Source of the DNA: Candidatus Jordarchaeales archaeon
Lineage (GTDB): Archaea > Asgardarchaeota > Jordiarchaeia > Jordiarchaeales > Freyrarchaeaceae
Assembly (NCBI GenBank): GCA_038858525.1
Contig: JAWCFL010000021.1
Location: 731 to 32,730, forward strand
DNA length: 32,000 bases
Reading direction: 5' to 3'
Part shown: positions 9,216 to 18,152 of the stretch, one piece after another
How positions within the stretch are numbered: the first letter of the stretch is position 1
Layout of the letters: each line of letters begins with the position of its first letter
Notes under the pieces: model-generated
Told to the model about the DNA's origin: nothing
Database searches by the model: none
Seen by the model: only the letters and a program-made list of their open reading frames with translations
Made by a program: the position numbers and the translations under genes

Positions 9216-10154
9216 TTGATAAGAGTAGTTTTCTTGGGTACGTCAGGTAGCGTTCCTACAAATCAAAGAAACCTTCCCGCAATTGCACTGCGCCGTAACA
9301 AGGAGATACTCCTTTTCGACTGCGCAGAAGGTACGCAAAGACAAATGCTAAAGGCAGGGTTAAGTATAAGTCGAGTTTCGAGAATTTTTATATCGCATCT
9401 TCATGGAGACCACGTAATGGGGTTACCAGGAATAATTCAAACTCTTTCTCTCATGGAGAGAGAAACCCCTCTGCACGTTTACGGCCCCTCTAACCTCTCA
9501 GGCTTTATAGATTCCCTTGTAGAACACTTAGAGTTCGCCGCCTCTTTTGAGATTTGCGTCCACAGCGCTCATCCAGGAATCATTTTTGAATCCTCCGACT
9601 ATCTTGTCAAGTGCGAACGAGTCGACCATGGTCTAGTTGAAGCCTACGCTTACGCCTTTGAAGAGAAACCTAGACCTGGAAAGTTTCATCCTGAAAAAGC
9701 CATTACGTTAGGTGTACCTATTGGTCCTCTCTGGAAGCAACTTCAGTTAGGGAAAAGCGTGTCTTTGAAAGATGGACGCGTAGTATACCCTGAAGAAGTC
9801 GTGGAGCCTCCAAAGTTAGGAAGAAAAATCGTTTATTCTGGGGACACCGCCCCTTGTCAGTCTCTCCTCAGAATGAGTAGCTTTGCAGATGTTCTAATAC
9901 ACGAGAGCACGTTTGACCAGAGTCTTGAAGGTAAAGCCATTGAGACGAAACATTCGACAAGCACGCAAGCTGCGCTGGTTGCCCGCGAAGCAAATGTTAA
10001 ACTCCTCGTACTAACACACATCAGCTCAAGGTATACTGATCCGAACGTGCTACTTCAGCAAGCAAAAGAAATTTTCGCCAACACAATAATCGCTCAAGAC
10101 TTCACAGAGGTACTTATAGACTTGGAAGGCTGCATAAAAATAATTTCTCCTTAA
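9216..10154 (+). CDS. rnz: Ribonuclease Z
   Basis: FLGTSG..P, FDCAEGTQ, SHLHGDH, flexible arm GVPIGP, YSGDT, HESTF, LTHISSRY. Confidence 0.95.
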   Translation: MIRVVFLGTSGSVPTNQRNLPAIALRRNKEILLFDCAEGTQRQMLKAGLSISRVSRIFISHLHGDHVMGLPGIIQTLSLMERETPLHVYGPSNLSGFIDSLVEHLEFAASFEICVHSAHPGIIFESSDYLVKCERVDHGLVEAYAYAFEEKPRPGKFHPEKAITLGVPIGPLWKQLQLGKSVSLKDGRVVYPEEVVEPPKLGRKIVYSGDTAPCQSLLRMSSFADVLIHESTFDQSLEGKAIETKHSTSTQAALVAREANVKLLVLTHISSRYTDPNVLLQQAKEIFANTIIAQDFTEVLIDLEGCIKIISP

Positions 10155-10278
10155 TAGCGAGAAAACTCATAAACCTCCTAGAAAAGAACAGCTTAAATCT
10201 ACTTTTAGAAACAACGTCTTTCTAAGGAGTTTTATTTAAACTGCACCAGTACTTCGTTTTTTATTTCTTTCGTGACGG

Positions 10279-10707
10279 TTAAGCGTCAGTGGGTGGTGCT
10301 GCCTCCTGCGGCTTCCCGTTTATTGTAGGTGGACAGAGCCACTCAACTACTTCATCTATCTTACTGCTTTTTATTGTTACCTTTATTGCTCCCATTGGTG
10401 ACTCTCTTTCAGGGGCGCAGAAATGTACCTTTCCCACGTATGCCGCCTGCTTGTTCAGAAAAAAAGTTAGCTCGTCCCCTTTAATTCCCTTCTTTAAAAT
10501 TCCTCTTGCTGCTTCGACAATGTATTGTCCACGCAGTTTTTCATAGAGTTGCCGTAGATGCTCTAACCCCTCCGCCTCACCAACCATCTTCTTGTCTTCA
10601 CCTTCTCCGAAAACTTGGTAATCAACGTTCAAAACGTTCTTTAGTGCCCTCACAACTTTATCCGGGTCCTCTGTCGGCTTTAAGGGCGTCTCCACTCTTA
10701 TTTTCAT
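10279..10707 (-). CDS. UPF0201/DUF54 putative RNA-binding protein
   Basis: PTED..KV..AL.N and LNKQAAYVG motifs. Usual partner of UPF0200. Confidence 0.85.
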   Translation of the reverse strand: MKIRVETPLKPTEDPDKVVRALKNVLNVDYQVFGEGEDKKMVGEAEGLEHLRQLYEKLRGQYIVEAARGILKKGIKGDELTFFLNKQAAYVGKVHFCAPERESPMGAIKVTIKSSKIDEVVEWLCPPTINGKPQEAAPPTDA

Positions 10708-11251
10708 TTATTATCCTCCCAAGAATCTCCTTCACCTTTGCTTTAAACTCCTCTATTCTTCCTTCATTAACTATCATGTAATCTGCCAAAGCTAGGGCAG
10801 CTCCTACACCTACTTGCAGCTCCCTCTCGTCTCTTTCAATAAAATGCTTTATCGTTTTAGGGTCATCCTCTCTCCCCCTCGCCGCCAACCTTTTTAAACG
10901 AGTTTTTGGAGACGCATAAACACCGATTAACACAAAGTCCGAGTATCCCTCTTTAAACGCTTTGACTTCAGCTAAACTCCGCACCCCCTCCACAACAACC
11001 ACATCTGAATCCTTCGCATCTATTTTTGACATGCATTTCCTTGCCACTACGTCTTCACCCTCTTCCTCCCTAATTTTAATCATAATCCTCCCTATGTTTT
11101 CTGGGGACGGTGGAATCCCTTGTAGAGCCGCCACTTCACGTATGACGTCTCCCATAGAAACCACAGGTAGCCCTTCATTCCTCGCCACCTGCGCTGCAAC
11201 ACTTTTTCCACTGCCAGGCATACCGACTATACCTATCACCTTTTTTTTCAA
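10658..11251 (-). CDS. UPF0200 P-loop kinase (dephospho-CoA/nucleotide kinase-like)
   Basis: GMPGSGKS, SMGDVIRE, RL..RGREDD, RDEREL..GVG. Confidence 0.85.
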   Translation of the reverse strand: MKKKVIGIVGMPGSGKSVAAQVARNEGLPVVSMGDVIREVAALQGIPPSPENIGRIMIKIREEEGEDVVARKCMSKIDAKDSDVVVVEGVRSLAEVKAFKEGYSDFVLIGVYASPKTRLKRLAARGREDDPKTIKHFIERDERELQVGVGAALALADYMIVNEGRIEEFKAKVKEILGRIINENKSGDALKADRGPG

Positions 11252-11274
11252 TGCCTCCCACCCGGGGGTTTACA

Positions 11275-12408
11275 TTAAACAAATAAATGCTCTACGCCCA
11301 CAACTTTACCCGGGCTTTTCAAAATTTCCTTCAAAACTTCTTCTATTATACCTTGATCTATGACATTCCCTCCCTTTATGAGGACCCTATGAAAAGCTGT
11401 TTTGAGCAACTTCTCCTTTAAGTCTCTCCCGGAAAATCCCTCAGTCATCATAGCTATCCTGTTAAAATCGCACTCGACTCTTATAGGAATCTTTTTGGCA
11501 TACATTTCAAGAATTTGTCTCCGCTCCTCCACGCTAGGCAGAGTAAATTCTATCTCCTCTTCAAATCTGCTTCTGAGAGCAGAGTCGAGAAGCATCATAT
11601 TATTTGTGGCTCCAATACAAACAACTCCAGAGGTTAGCTCAAGTCCATCTATTTCCGCGAGAAGCGCATTAACAACTTCTGTAACATCCCCCCTCACACT
11701 TTGAAACCGTCTGTCTAACCCTATAGCGTCTATTTCGTCTAAGTAAATCACACTCGGAGCGGCATCCCTTGCTCTCCTAAAAAGCTTACCAATTTTACTG
11801 GCGGCATCACCTACATGTGTTCCTATGAGCTCAGGAGACTTAACAAAGAAAAACTCCGCGCCAGTTTCATTTGCTAATGCCTGAGCAGTCATGGTTTTTC
11901 CTGTTCCTGAAGGACCATAGAAAAGAACGGCTTTGGGCGCCCACTCTCCGAAGTTCTCTGGCTGTTCCAGATATCTCTTTATGATAAGACATTTCTCCTT
12001 AGCTCTCTTCTGCCCAACTACATCTGCAAGCGTAACTTTAGGTAACTTAATAGCGCGTCGCTCAGCCTTCTTAATAACTTTAAATATTGTCTTACCGGTA
12101 ATTTGGCCTTCGCTGGGTATCATGTCTGTTATTTTAAATGCGAAATCGGGGAAAAGAGACCTGTCAAAAAGCAAGTCCCCCTTTCTAATGTAAAGTCCAT
12201 CCCACTGCTCTCTAGCATAGGCCTGGAAAACCTCCGGATTATCCACGACTAAAGTAGTCTCTTTTTCCTCCCCTACTTCTCTTAGAGGGTATCCTAATGG
12301 TTCCAATTCCACTATAGCTGCTTGCTTCCACCTTTCCTCGCTCCTCCTACGTCTCCCCGGACTTGTCTTCTTATATAATTTCTCTTCCTCTATTTCCTCT
12401 TTAACCAT
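11275..12408 (-). CDS. AAA+ ATPase (COG1223-type)
   Basis: LFYGPSGTGKT Walker A, IYLDEIDA Walker B, LDSALRSRFEEEIEF; N-terminal F..YAREQW.G. Confidence 0.85.
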   Translation of the reverse strand: MVKEEIEEEKLYKKTSPGRRRRSEERWKQAAIVELEPLGYPLREVGEEKETTLVVDNPEVFQAYAREQWDGLYIRKGDLLFDRSLFPDFAFKITDMIPSEGQITGKTIFKVIKKAERRAIKLPKVTLADVVGQKRAKEKCLIIKRYLEQPENFGEWAPKAVLFYGPSGTGKTMTAQALANETGAEFFFVKSPELIGTHVGDAASKIGKLFRRARDAAPSVIYLDEIDAIGLDRRFQSVRGDVTEVVNALLAEIDGLELTSGVVCIGATNNMMLLDSALRSRFEEEIEFTLPSVEERRQILEMYAKKIPIRVECDFNRIAMMTEGFSGRDLKEKLLKTAFHRVLIKGGNVIDQGIIEEVLKEILKSPGKVVGVEHLFV

Positions 12409-12411
12409 TCT

Positions 12412-13630
12412 TTACCCCTCTCGTTCCATTATCTCGCTGAACTCTAACACTTTAAGCTCAGGTGGTTTTTTAACTATGTTTTCTTGGCGTACCCCTACAA
12501 TCCATTTTACTCCCTTCTCCTGCGAGATATCAATGAGTCTTTGTGTCACTATACCATCTAAAATTACGGCTCCAACTTTCTCATTGAAGCTTCGAAGGAA
12601 ATCTGCGAGCTCTGATACGTCGACTTCAGCCATCATGTTAAGTGCCTCCCCCAGGATCCTCGCCTTACCCGAGCCGAAAACTGCATTTGAATGATCAGTT
12701 ATCTCCTGCGGAACCTTAGTTGCTTTTTTAATTATCTGCACTTTCTTTTCTTCACGCTTCTTCCAGCTCTCGTGTTCAGCGATTTGCTCGACGGGAACCT
12801 TATTGCTCAAGGCCTTCATAATCTCCTTAAATGTAAGCTCTTCAACTTCGCGGCCGGGAGGCGCCCTCGCCACATAGTCTATTTCTGCAATTTGCAGCAA
12901 CTCCTTTAAGATTAAGTCACCACCTCTATCACCATCTAAGAAGGCTGTAACGGTCTTTCTCTTGCTAAGTTCAACGATAGTTCTAGGAACACTTGTTCCC
13001 TCCACCGCTATAACGTTCTTAAAACCATACTTTAGCATGTTCAAGACGTCAGCTCTACCCTCAACTACGATGATCTCATCCGCTGAATCTATTTCTGGCC
13101 CGGCGGGTAACCCCTCCTTTCCATACTTACAGATTTCCTCGACTCTTGCCGCTTCAATGACTTTATTAATTATTTGTTCAGTTTCAGGGGAAACCTCCTC
13201 AGACCATCTTCTGAGAATTTCAATAGCTCGTTCGACGATCCTCTTACGCTTACTTTCTCTTACATCCTCTATGGACTCAAAGGTTACTTTAGCACTGCAT
13301 GGACCAATTCTATCAATGGTTTCAAGTGCCGCCGCAAGAATAGCTGTCTCAACCTTATCAAGACTCGAAGGGATAAATATCTCCCCTACAGCTTTTCCTC
13401 CATGCGTCTCAATCTCTGCCTTTATTCGCCCTATCCTACCCGTACGTTGGAGCTCCCTTAAGTCCATCTCGTCGCCGAGAAGCCCCTCCAATTTGCCTAC
13501 GTGAGCCCTCAGCTCTACGTAATTGGCCGAAAATCGCACCTATAACATCAGGCTTCTCGACGACACCATTTACCTCTATTTTAGCTTTTATAATATATTT
13601 TATCGTGCCAACATCATTTCGGTTAGCCAT
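12412..13630 (-). CDS. dnaG: Archaeal DnaG (exosome-associated toprim protein), intron-split: complement(join(12412..13491,13523..13630)), 395 aa
   Basis: ATG at 13630 follows GGAGGTGA. Exon 1 reads KYIIKAKIEVNGVVEKPDVIGAIFGQ and exon 2 reads LEGLLGDEMDLRELQRTGRIGRI...VVEGRAD...LDGDRGG. Confidence 0.9.
13492..13522 (-). other. 31-nt relaxed BHB intron in dnaG mRNA
   Basis: Minus strand GGCC-AAT-[TACGT A GAGC TGAGG GCTC ACGTA]-GGCA-AAT. Cuts after AA in both bulges give CAA|TTG GAG, in frame. Confidence 0.82.
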
Positions 13631-13724
13631 ATGAACATCACCTCCAAATTCATCCGCATTGAAGTTAAATGGTAACTGGGTATTGCAAGTTAATGTGCAC
13701 ACTCCTTATTTACTTCCAAGGTTT

Positions 13725-14156
13725 TCATGTTACTAATTCCAAATTTGCTTTTTCAAATAAATTAACATTCTCCCTTCTCGTGTTTTCAGCTTTAAAGTAA
13801 AGTTTAGCAAATCCCTCTACGCATGGCGTTACATGTGCCTTTAACTTTCTTATTTTTCCTCTAAAGTATACTGTCAATTTATCGTTTTCCACTCTATAGG
13901 ATAGTATCGTCTCCGCTAATCTCTCTCCTTCTTCATCAAAGTCCGTTAAAACTATCACCTCTCTTCCTCTGCTCTTCTCAGCTATTTCATGCAACCTTGC
14001 TCCTGAAACAGTTACTATCGGTCCGCTAAATCCTATTCTCCTTAAACTAGCCTCATCCCTCTTTCCTTCAACTATGAGCGGGACTCCATTATTCGAGTAT
14101 TCTTTCATTTCATCCAATATCTCCCTGAACATCTCCAGTATGTCCTCATTCACCAA
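13725..14156 (-). CDS. Small toprim-domain protein
   Basis: LIVEGKRDE..L and VIVLTDFDEEG toprim motifs. Confidence 0.85.
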   Translation of the reverse strand: MVNEDILEMFREILDEMKEYSNNGVPLIVEGKRDEASLRRIGFSGPIVTVSGARLHEIAEKSRGREVIVLTDFDEEGERLAETILSYRVENDKLTVYFRGKIRKLKAHVTPCVEGFAKLYFKAENTRRENVNLFEKANLELVT

Positions 14157-14294
14157 GCTTATCCTTTCCCCTCTTATCCAAAGACTTAAAGGAACTTCGA
14201 CTTTAACTCTGAGAGAATATTTTCTCCTAAATTATTTTAAACATAGCGCTTTGTAAAGAGGCGTCTTCAAAGCCGTAATAATTAACTCTCCTCT

Positions 14295-14328
14295 TAAGAT
14301 AAAGGAAACTTTTTATTCCTTTATCTTA
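14295..14328. repeat. Perfect 13-bp inverted repeat with 8-nt spacer in a divergent promoter
   Basis: TAAGATAAAGGAA-ACTTTTTA-TTCCTTTATCTTA. Confidence 0.85.
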
Positions 14329-14406
14329 TCTTCCGTTTATAGTGTAAGGGTGGTGTGAAAGATTACGTGGAAAACGCAAGATTATAATAAACGGGCAGTT
14401 TTATGC

Positions 14407-15570
14407 ATGCTAAAGACTAATCCTCATGATCACACGCTCTTCAAGATTTACTTAGATGAACTTGAAAGATTAAGTGTTAGTGCCGGTTTTCATGTCGTTG
14501 ATAGGATTATTCAGACTAGAATTAAGCCTAAGACTAATTTTTTGATTGGTAGCGGAAAAGTAAAGGAGCTTAAAGAACTCGTTAAGGCAAAGAACGTTGA
14601 CTACGTTATTTTTTATAATTCCCTCTCCAGCAAGCAGAAGCTTTCCCTCTCTATAGAACTGGAATGCGAAGTCATAGACCGCTATGAGCTCACCCTGATG
14701 ATCTTCGAGAAATCCGCACAAGACATCGTTTCAAAGTTACAGATAGAGTACGCCTGGCTTCGTAAACTCGCGCCTCTCTTTAAGCTTGAAGCCTCGATTA
14801 AATATAAAGGAGAACATCCGTTTTTCCGCTCCATGGGCGAGTATGCTTTTCATAGAAAACTTAACATAATTAAAAGGAAGGAAAAAGCAATTAAACTTTC
14901 CATCGAAAAGCTTGTATGGGAGCGTCGCCGACAAATAGATGAGCGCAAAAAGCATGGTATACCGACAATAGTTTTGGCTGGTATGTACAACGCTGGAAAA
15001 ACGGCACTCTTTAACGCTATCTGCGGATGCAACAAGCCAGTCTCTGACTCGCCTTTCACCACTCTTTCAAGCAAATACCAGCTAACTGAGACAGAGTCGC
15101 AGAAAATGTTTTTTGTGGATACTATAGGGTTCGTTATAGATCTAGACCCGATGCTTATTGAATCATTTAAGTTAAATCTTCTCGACCTAAAATCTGCCGA
15201 CATGGTTGTCCTTTTAGTTGCTTTAGACGACCCACTAGAAATTATTAAACTCAAATTCAAGGAGGCAATTAGAATCCTCAGGAATATAGGTGTTGAGGAA
15301 AAACGAATAGTCATTGCGCTAAGCAAAGCCGACTTAGTTGACGAAGAGAAACGCACTGCAATACCTCTCTATCTTACTCCTCTCCTAGGCGAGTTCGAGT
15401 GGTGCTTCGTTTCTGCTAAAGAAAAAGATTATTCATCTTTGTTTTCTATAATCACGAAAAAGTTACAGGAGCTAAGTCGCCCACAAAGCCCTCCTCAAAT
15501 GCACCCTTGTCTGCCTTCAGGCGTGTCGTCTAGCCCTTTAATCATGAATACTGAAGGAAGTCTTTATTAA
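14407..15570 (+). CDS. hflX: HflX-family GTPase (divergent); start may lie upstream
   Basis: FLIGSGKV.EL, VIDR..L.L.IF, G1 GMYNAGKT, PFTTL, DTIGF, G4-like SKAD. Confidence 0.85.
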   Translation: MLKTNPHDHTLFKIYLDELERLSVSAGFHVVDRIIQTRIKPKTNFLIGSGKVKELKELVKAKNVDYVIFYNSLSSKQKLSLSIELECEVIDRYELTLMIFEKSAQDIVSKLQIEYAWLRKLAPLFKLEASIKYKGEHPFFRSMGEYAFHRKLNIIKRKEKAIKLSIEKLVWERRRQIDERKKHGIPTIVLAGMYNAGKTALFNAICGCNKPVSDSPFTTLSSKYQLTETESQKMFFVDTIGFVIDLDPMLIESFKLNLLDLKSADMVVLLVALDDPLEIIKLKFKEAIRILRNIGVEEKRIVIALSKADLVDEEKRTAIPLYLTPLLGEFEWCFVSAKEKDYSSLFSIITKKLQELSRPQSPPQMHPCLPSGVSSSPLIMNTEGSLY

Positions 15571-15649
15571 AGTAGTGTGTTCATTTACCCTCGTGCTTTT
15601 CACGCTCAAACCATTGAAGAATTGTTACTTCACGTTTGAGGTGGTAACT

Positions 15650-17287
15650 TTGAGTAAAGAGTCTTTCCGGCACTGGGTTGACGATACTGTGAACGGTCTG
15701 CTCAGTTATTGGGGAAACGTTAAGTGTTACGTTTGCAATTGTGGTCTCTCAGTTTCAGGATTACAACATATAGGTCGATTAAGAGGCGAAGTAATTCTCA
15801 CAAACACCGTTAAGGAAGAGCTGCAACGTAGAGGTCATGAAGCAAAACACTTCCTTGTACTCTATACCCAAGACCAATGGAAAGGCAAGGAATCTCAGAT
15901 TGAGGTTTTTTCGGATAGGGAATTTGCAAAGTCACTGGTCGGGCGGCGTTTAGTGGACGTTCCCGATCCTCAAGATTGTCATGGTAGCTGGGTTGAACAT
16001 TTCTGGGAGCCGTTCGGTAAGTACCTTGACGAGTTCGCCGTTGATGTGAACGTCATATCCACAACAGAGCTTTACAAAAGAGACGAAGTAAAGTCGCTAG
16101 TTAAAGAAGTATTTCTGCGACCGGATGAAATTAGAGGACTAATTAACAAGTATAGAGGACGAAAACCGTACCCTGACGGATGGATTCCCTTTGAACCATT
16201 ATGTAACAACTGTAAAGTAATAGGCGGTCATAGAATTTTGCGGTTCGATCTTTCCTCTTATACTGTTGAATATGAATGTGGTAATTGTGGGGAGCGTGGT
16301 TGGTCTAATATAGAAGATGGAAAGCTTAACTGGAGAGTGGAGTGGGCTGCCCTATGGGTAGCTTTAGGCGTCAACTTTGAACCTTACGGAAAAGATCACG
16401 CAACTCCAGGCGGCTCAAGAGACAGCTGTGTTGAAATAGTTCAGAAATTTTTCGGGAAAAGACCCCCCTACGGTATGCCTTACGAATGGGTTGCCTTAGC
16501 TTATGGCGGAAAAGAAATAGGAGATATGGGCTCCAGTGACTTTATGGGGATTACACCTGAAGATTGGCTTCTGGTAGCTGAACCAGAGGTCCTCAGATAT
16601 CTTTGTCTAAAAAACAAACCTATGAGAAGAATGGTCATAGATCCCACAAAGGTTCCGGACTACTCTGACATCTATGACCACGCGGAACGGGTTTTTTATG
16701 GATTTGAGGAAGTGGAACAGGAAAAGGAGCGTTTCGAGATAATAAGAAGCTATGAGTTGTCTCAATTAAAACCTCCCCCAGAGGAGATGCCTGTTCAACT
16801 TAAGTACGGGCATGCTGTAACTCTCGTCCAGGTGCTACCTAAAGACACTCCTCTCCAAAGCGCTATTAAGCGTCTTAAGAGCACTGGCCTAGTTAGGAAG
16901 GACCAGCTTAGCAGCCTAGACATTAAGCGAATTGAAAACCGCCTTAAAAAGGCGAAAAACTGGGTTATAAAGTATGCTCCGGAAAACTTAAGAATACAGA
17001 TACTCGATCATGTGCCTCCTGAAATCAAGAAATCCCTTTCAGATGAACAAAAAACTGCGCTGAAAGCGATCTCTCGTTTGCTTTTATCTAAAAAATTCAC
17101 CGAGGAGGAATTGGAGCAGGAGCTTTACCGAATAGCTAAAGAGGAAAGTGGATTAGGCTCCCGCGCATTCTTTAAGACTATCTACTTGGTCTTGCTTGGT
17201 AAGGAACAAGGTCCAAGGCTTGCCCCCTTTCTATTGCTCCTAGAAAGAGAGTGGCTTATAAGTAGACTCGAAGAGGTTGCAGAGTAA
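15650..17287 (+). CDS. lysS: Lysyl-tRNA synthetase class I
   Basis: SVSGLQHIG, GKLNWRVEW..W, EPYGKDH, GPRL motifs. TTG start after GAGGTGG preferred over 15575. Confidence 0.93.
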   Translation: MSKESFRHWVDDTVNGLLSYWGNVKCYVCNCGLSVSGLQHIGRLRGEVILTNTVKEELQRRGHEAKHFLVLYTQDQWKGKESQIEVFSDREFAKSLVGRRLVDVPDPQDCHGSWVEHFWEPFGKYLDEFAVDVNVISTTELYKRDEVKSLVKEVFLRPDEIRGLINKYRGRKPYPDGWIPFEPLCNNCKVIGGHRILRFDLSSYTVEYECGNCGERGWSNIEDGKLNWRVEWAALWVALGVNFEPYGKDHATPGGSRDSCVEIVQKFFGKRPPYGMPYEWVALAYGGKEIGDMGSSDFMGITPEDWLLVAEPEVLRYLCLKNKPMRRMVIDPTKVPDYSDIYDHAERVFYGFEEVEQEKERFEIIRSYELSQLKPPPEEMPVQLKYGHAVTLVQVLPKDTPLQSAIKRLKSTGLVRKDQLSSLDIKRIENRLKKAKNWVIKYAPENLRIQILDHVPPEIKKSLSDEQKTALKAISRLLLSKKFTEEELEQELYRIAKEESGLGSRAFFKTIYLVLLGKEQGPRLAPFLLLLEREWLISRLEEVAE

Positions 17288-17364
17288 TTTTAAATTAGCC
17301 GGAATCATTTATAAATTCAACATTTTTTCTTTTTGTTTAGGATTTTAGGTAGGGGGTTCATTAA

Positions 17365-18012
17365 ATGTTGGGGCGACTTAAAGAGCTTCTGACAGCCTTC
17401 TTTAATCCTGTAGCGTTTTTCTTGATACGGCTGGGAATCACCCCAAACATCGTTACTGTTTTGGGCTTACTCCTCTCCGTTTTTTCAGCCCTTTTTATTG
17501 TAGGAGGACGCTTAGACCCATTATTCCATGTTGATGAGGCTAACCGCCTAGTTATTGCAAGCATCTTGTTGCTTTCCTCGGGTTTTTGCGACCTTCTTGA
17601 CGGACTCGTTGCAAGAATGGGAAGCATGGTTACAGCCTTCGGCGGCTTTTTCGACTCAATCTTGGACAGGTACTCTGAAGTGGTTTTTCTAGTAACGTTA
17701 ATCTATATGAACTACTGCTCTGCTTTGTGGGGGCTCCTTGCTCTCTCAGGCTCCCTACTGGTAAGTTATGCGAGAGCTAGAGGTGAAGTCGCAGGCCTAT
17801 CGGGAGTCGGGGTCGGCTTAGCTGAACGCCCTGAAAGACTGCTGATACTCAGCGGCGCCGTTCTTCTACAGGGAATCCTTCTCCACAATTATTTTGCGTC
17901 ATATCCTATTATAGAGGTTGCAGTAATCGTTGTGGCATTACTGTCACACTTTACTGTTCTGCAACGAGGATATTACGCCTGGACACACCTCCAAAAAATT
18001 AGGCAAACTTGA
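17365..18012 (+). CDS. CDP-alcohol phosphatidyltransferase (archaetidylinositol-phosphate synthase-like)
   Basis: ITPN..T, D.LDG..AR...FG.FFDSILDRYSE, SYARARGE, GLAERPER. Confidence 0.9.
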   Translation: MLGRLKELLTAFFNPVAFFLIRLGITPNIVTVLGLLLSVFSALFIVGGRLDPLFHVDEANRLVIASILLLSSGFCDLLDGLVARMGSMVTAFGGFFDSILDRYSEVVFLVTLIYMNYCSALWGLLALSGSLLVSYARARGEVAGLSGVGVGLAERPERLLILSGAVLLQGILLHNYFASYPIIEVAVIVVALLSHFTVLQRGYYAWTHLQKIRQT

Positions 18013-18152
18013 TATCTAATCTGATCCGTCTCTGTCACTTTGCTATTCTCTTTTTCTTGTTGCATCAACAAAAGTAAATATATCCCCGCTACTGTATATA
18101 AGAAATTTGAAGGGGGCGTTTCCGCCGGCTACTTGAAAGGATGTGTTGACGA

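Noticed and set aside
13436-13702. 88-aa ORF as an independent gene, and GTG 13539 as the dnaG start
   Set aside because: It is dnaG exon 1 (true ATG 13630 with GGAGGTGA) running out of frame through the intron. The 13539 start would lack the conserved N-terminal motif.
14341-14410. Possible intron or UGA recoding at the hflX 5' end (GTG TGA; 10-codon GTG uORF at 14355)
   Set aside because: The only BHL-like fold removes 9 nt and does not join the frames. There is no support for recoding at codon 2. An alternative start is simpler.
15470-15570. Pro/Ser-rich HflX C-terminal tail as a frameshift or intron sign
   Set aside because: No BHB geometry found and the GTPase domain is complete. Likely a variable tail.
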